A DNA stretch of 57,392 nt, taken from a virus. Taxonomy: Duplodnaviria; Caudoviricetes. The notes beneath the pieces are model-generated. The model was not told where the DNA came from. It did not search any database and saw nothing but the letters and a program-made list of their open reading frames with translations. The position numbers and the translations under genes were made by a program. Positions within the stretch are counted from its first letter, which is position 1. Every line of letters starts with the position of its first letter. The stretch spans positions 1-57,392 of the IMG/VR virus record IMGVR_UViG_3300048587_000172; one strand, 5' to 3'. Shown here in pieces: positions 56,129-57,392 of this stretch.

Positions 56129-56974
56129 ATGAACTACTTTGATAGCTTCGATGAGTTATGGTTATATGCTGCAAATCAGTTGATTGAAGATGGAGAAATT
56201 TACGCTGGTGAATATGGTAATGTCAAAGAATTTTTAGGGTTTGGTGCTAGAGTAAATCTAGCCACTAAATCATTTCTTTATAACCCTGTAAGAATGATTG
56301 ATCCATCCTTAGCGGCTGGTAGCGTTCTATGCAATCTTGATTCTAGCTTATTTAATGTATTTGGATTATATGATGATAAATTTATATTCATGATTCATGG
56401 ATTAGAACAGAAATACTTAAAGGAAGTCTCTGAAAATATTCGAACATCCAATAGAATTGATGTAGAATTGAGACAAAATGCTAGTTCAATCCACATTCTT
56501 TTAATGCGTAAAAATGATATCTTGAATATGATATTGACAATAAATAAGACAGATATTTGGTATCATCTTCCATATATAGTTTTTATACTTGGATCGGTTC
56601 AAAGATTAATCGCATCATTTGCGGGTGTCGAAGTAGGATGGATGCAAATAGCAGTATCAAATTTGGTTATTTCTGAAAGTATGATAGAAAGATTAAAAGA
56701 AGCTGCAAATCCACCGTCTTTTAATGTGGCAGAATTAGAATCAAGTGATATGGGGAACGTATTCTATATTATTCCGAAAGCTTTAGGGTTTGAAAGTTAT
56801 GCAAGAGAAACAGGAAACATGCCTTTTAATTACATAACAAATCTACGGTATAATTTACTTGGACATTTAGCGATTATGGCTGGTATGAAATGGTCTGAAA
56901 GAAAAGATTTAGTAGCTGATAAAGTTGAAGATAAGTATATGTCTCAATATTTAAGACTTTTCTATCAGGTGTAA
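56129..56974 (+). CDS. thymidylate-synthase-fold protein lacking catalytic residues
   Basis: G..KE.LG, NP.R, LNMIL.INKTDIW.HLPY.VF, QRLIA...GVEVG; no PC, RS or HxY motif. Confidence 0.7.
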   Translation: MNYFDSFDELWLYAANQLIEDGEIYAGEYGNVKEFLGFGARVNLATKSFLYNPVRMIDPSLAAGSVLCNLDSSLFNVFGLYDDKFIFMIHGLEQKYLKEVSENIRTSNRIDVELRQNASSIHILLMRKNDILNMILTINKTDIWYHLPYIVFILGSVQRLIASFAGVEVGWMQIAVSNLVISESMIERLKEAANPPSFNVAELESSDMGNVFYIIPKALGFESYARETGNMPFNYITNLRYNLLGHLAIMAGMKWSERKDLVADKVEDKYMSQYLRLFYQV

Positions 56975-56975
56975 T

Positions 56976-57392
56976 ATGTATACATACAATGATGTTCATA
57001 GTCTATTTCAAAAATTGTTATTAAATATTGAAAATACTGAAAAGCTTACAGAATCTAATTTAAAAGGTACTAGTGCAATATGTAAACGTCGTGTGACTAT
57101 ATCAAGTTACATTGATCCTATTTGGGTTGATAACTATTTTAAAAACAAAAAGAAATCAATTGATTTATCAAAGAGATTATTTTTTAATGGTCCTAATATA
57201 GGTCATACATGTACAAACGAACCGGGTAAGTGTGGTTGCGCTCATTCAGAACCTAGATTAATTCAACATCTTTATAAGCAAAGATTACCATTACCAAAAA
57301 ATCTTATTCTCATTTCCACTTATGGATCATGTCCAAATTGCGCAAACATTCTTGCAGATTCGGAATTGTTCTGTGGAGCGGTATATAAAACA
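56976..57392 (+). CDS. dCMP deaminase-like Zn deaminase, 3'-truncated (not in ORF track)
   Basis: Translated by hand from ATG 56976: CKRRV, NGP, CGCAHSE, SCPNC; runs off the window. Confidence 0.85.
   Translation, partial: MYTYNDVHSLFQKLLLNIENTEKLTESNLKGTSAICKRRVTISSYIDPIWVDNYFKNKKKSIDLSKRLFFNGPNIGHTCTNEPGKCGCAHSEPRLIQHLYKQRLPLPKNLILISTYGSCPNCANILADSELFCGAVYKT

Noticed and set aside
1-57392. Window is a complete circular genome
   Set aside because: No terminal overlap; joining the ends stops the deaminase two codons later and does not connect it to the first ORF's frame

Overview
Almost all of a low-GC tailed dsDNA phage genome with a long non-contractile (siphovirus-type) tail. Every credible gene is on the + strand, and ORFs are cut at both ends, so the genome continues beyond the window. 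Layout: (i) 1-17.2 kb accessory and nucleotide metabolism (XRE HTH, ATP-dependent ligase, tRNA-Leu(UAA), DNA methyltransferase, DUF3310-like, ThyX, class II RNR, J-domain, VRR-NUC-like nuclease); (ii) 17.4-20.8 kb small genes behind repeated sigma70-type promoters; (iii) 20.9-48.1 kb terminase, an atypical lysis/depolymerase-like insert, portal, head, P22-coat-like capsid, tail and a GTA-like tail tip with two DUF2460-like genes; (iv) 48.4-57.4 kb replication (SNF2 helicase, SSB-like, primase-MCM fusion, MazG-like, TS-like, dCMP deaminase). No integrase, full DNA polymerase or recognisable endolysin is seen. The most unusual signals are: two homologous ~260-nt rod-like non-coding elements 30.9 kb apart at operon junctions; a small Zn-finger protein carrying family-A polymerase motifs B and A in reversed order; several apparently catalytically dead enzyme homologs (TS-like, endonuclease IV-like, TOPRIM lacking its Glu); and a promoter-driven structured RNA whose loop is complementary to several translation-initiation regions. 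All family calls come from motifs recognised by eye; no searches or folding programs were run.
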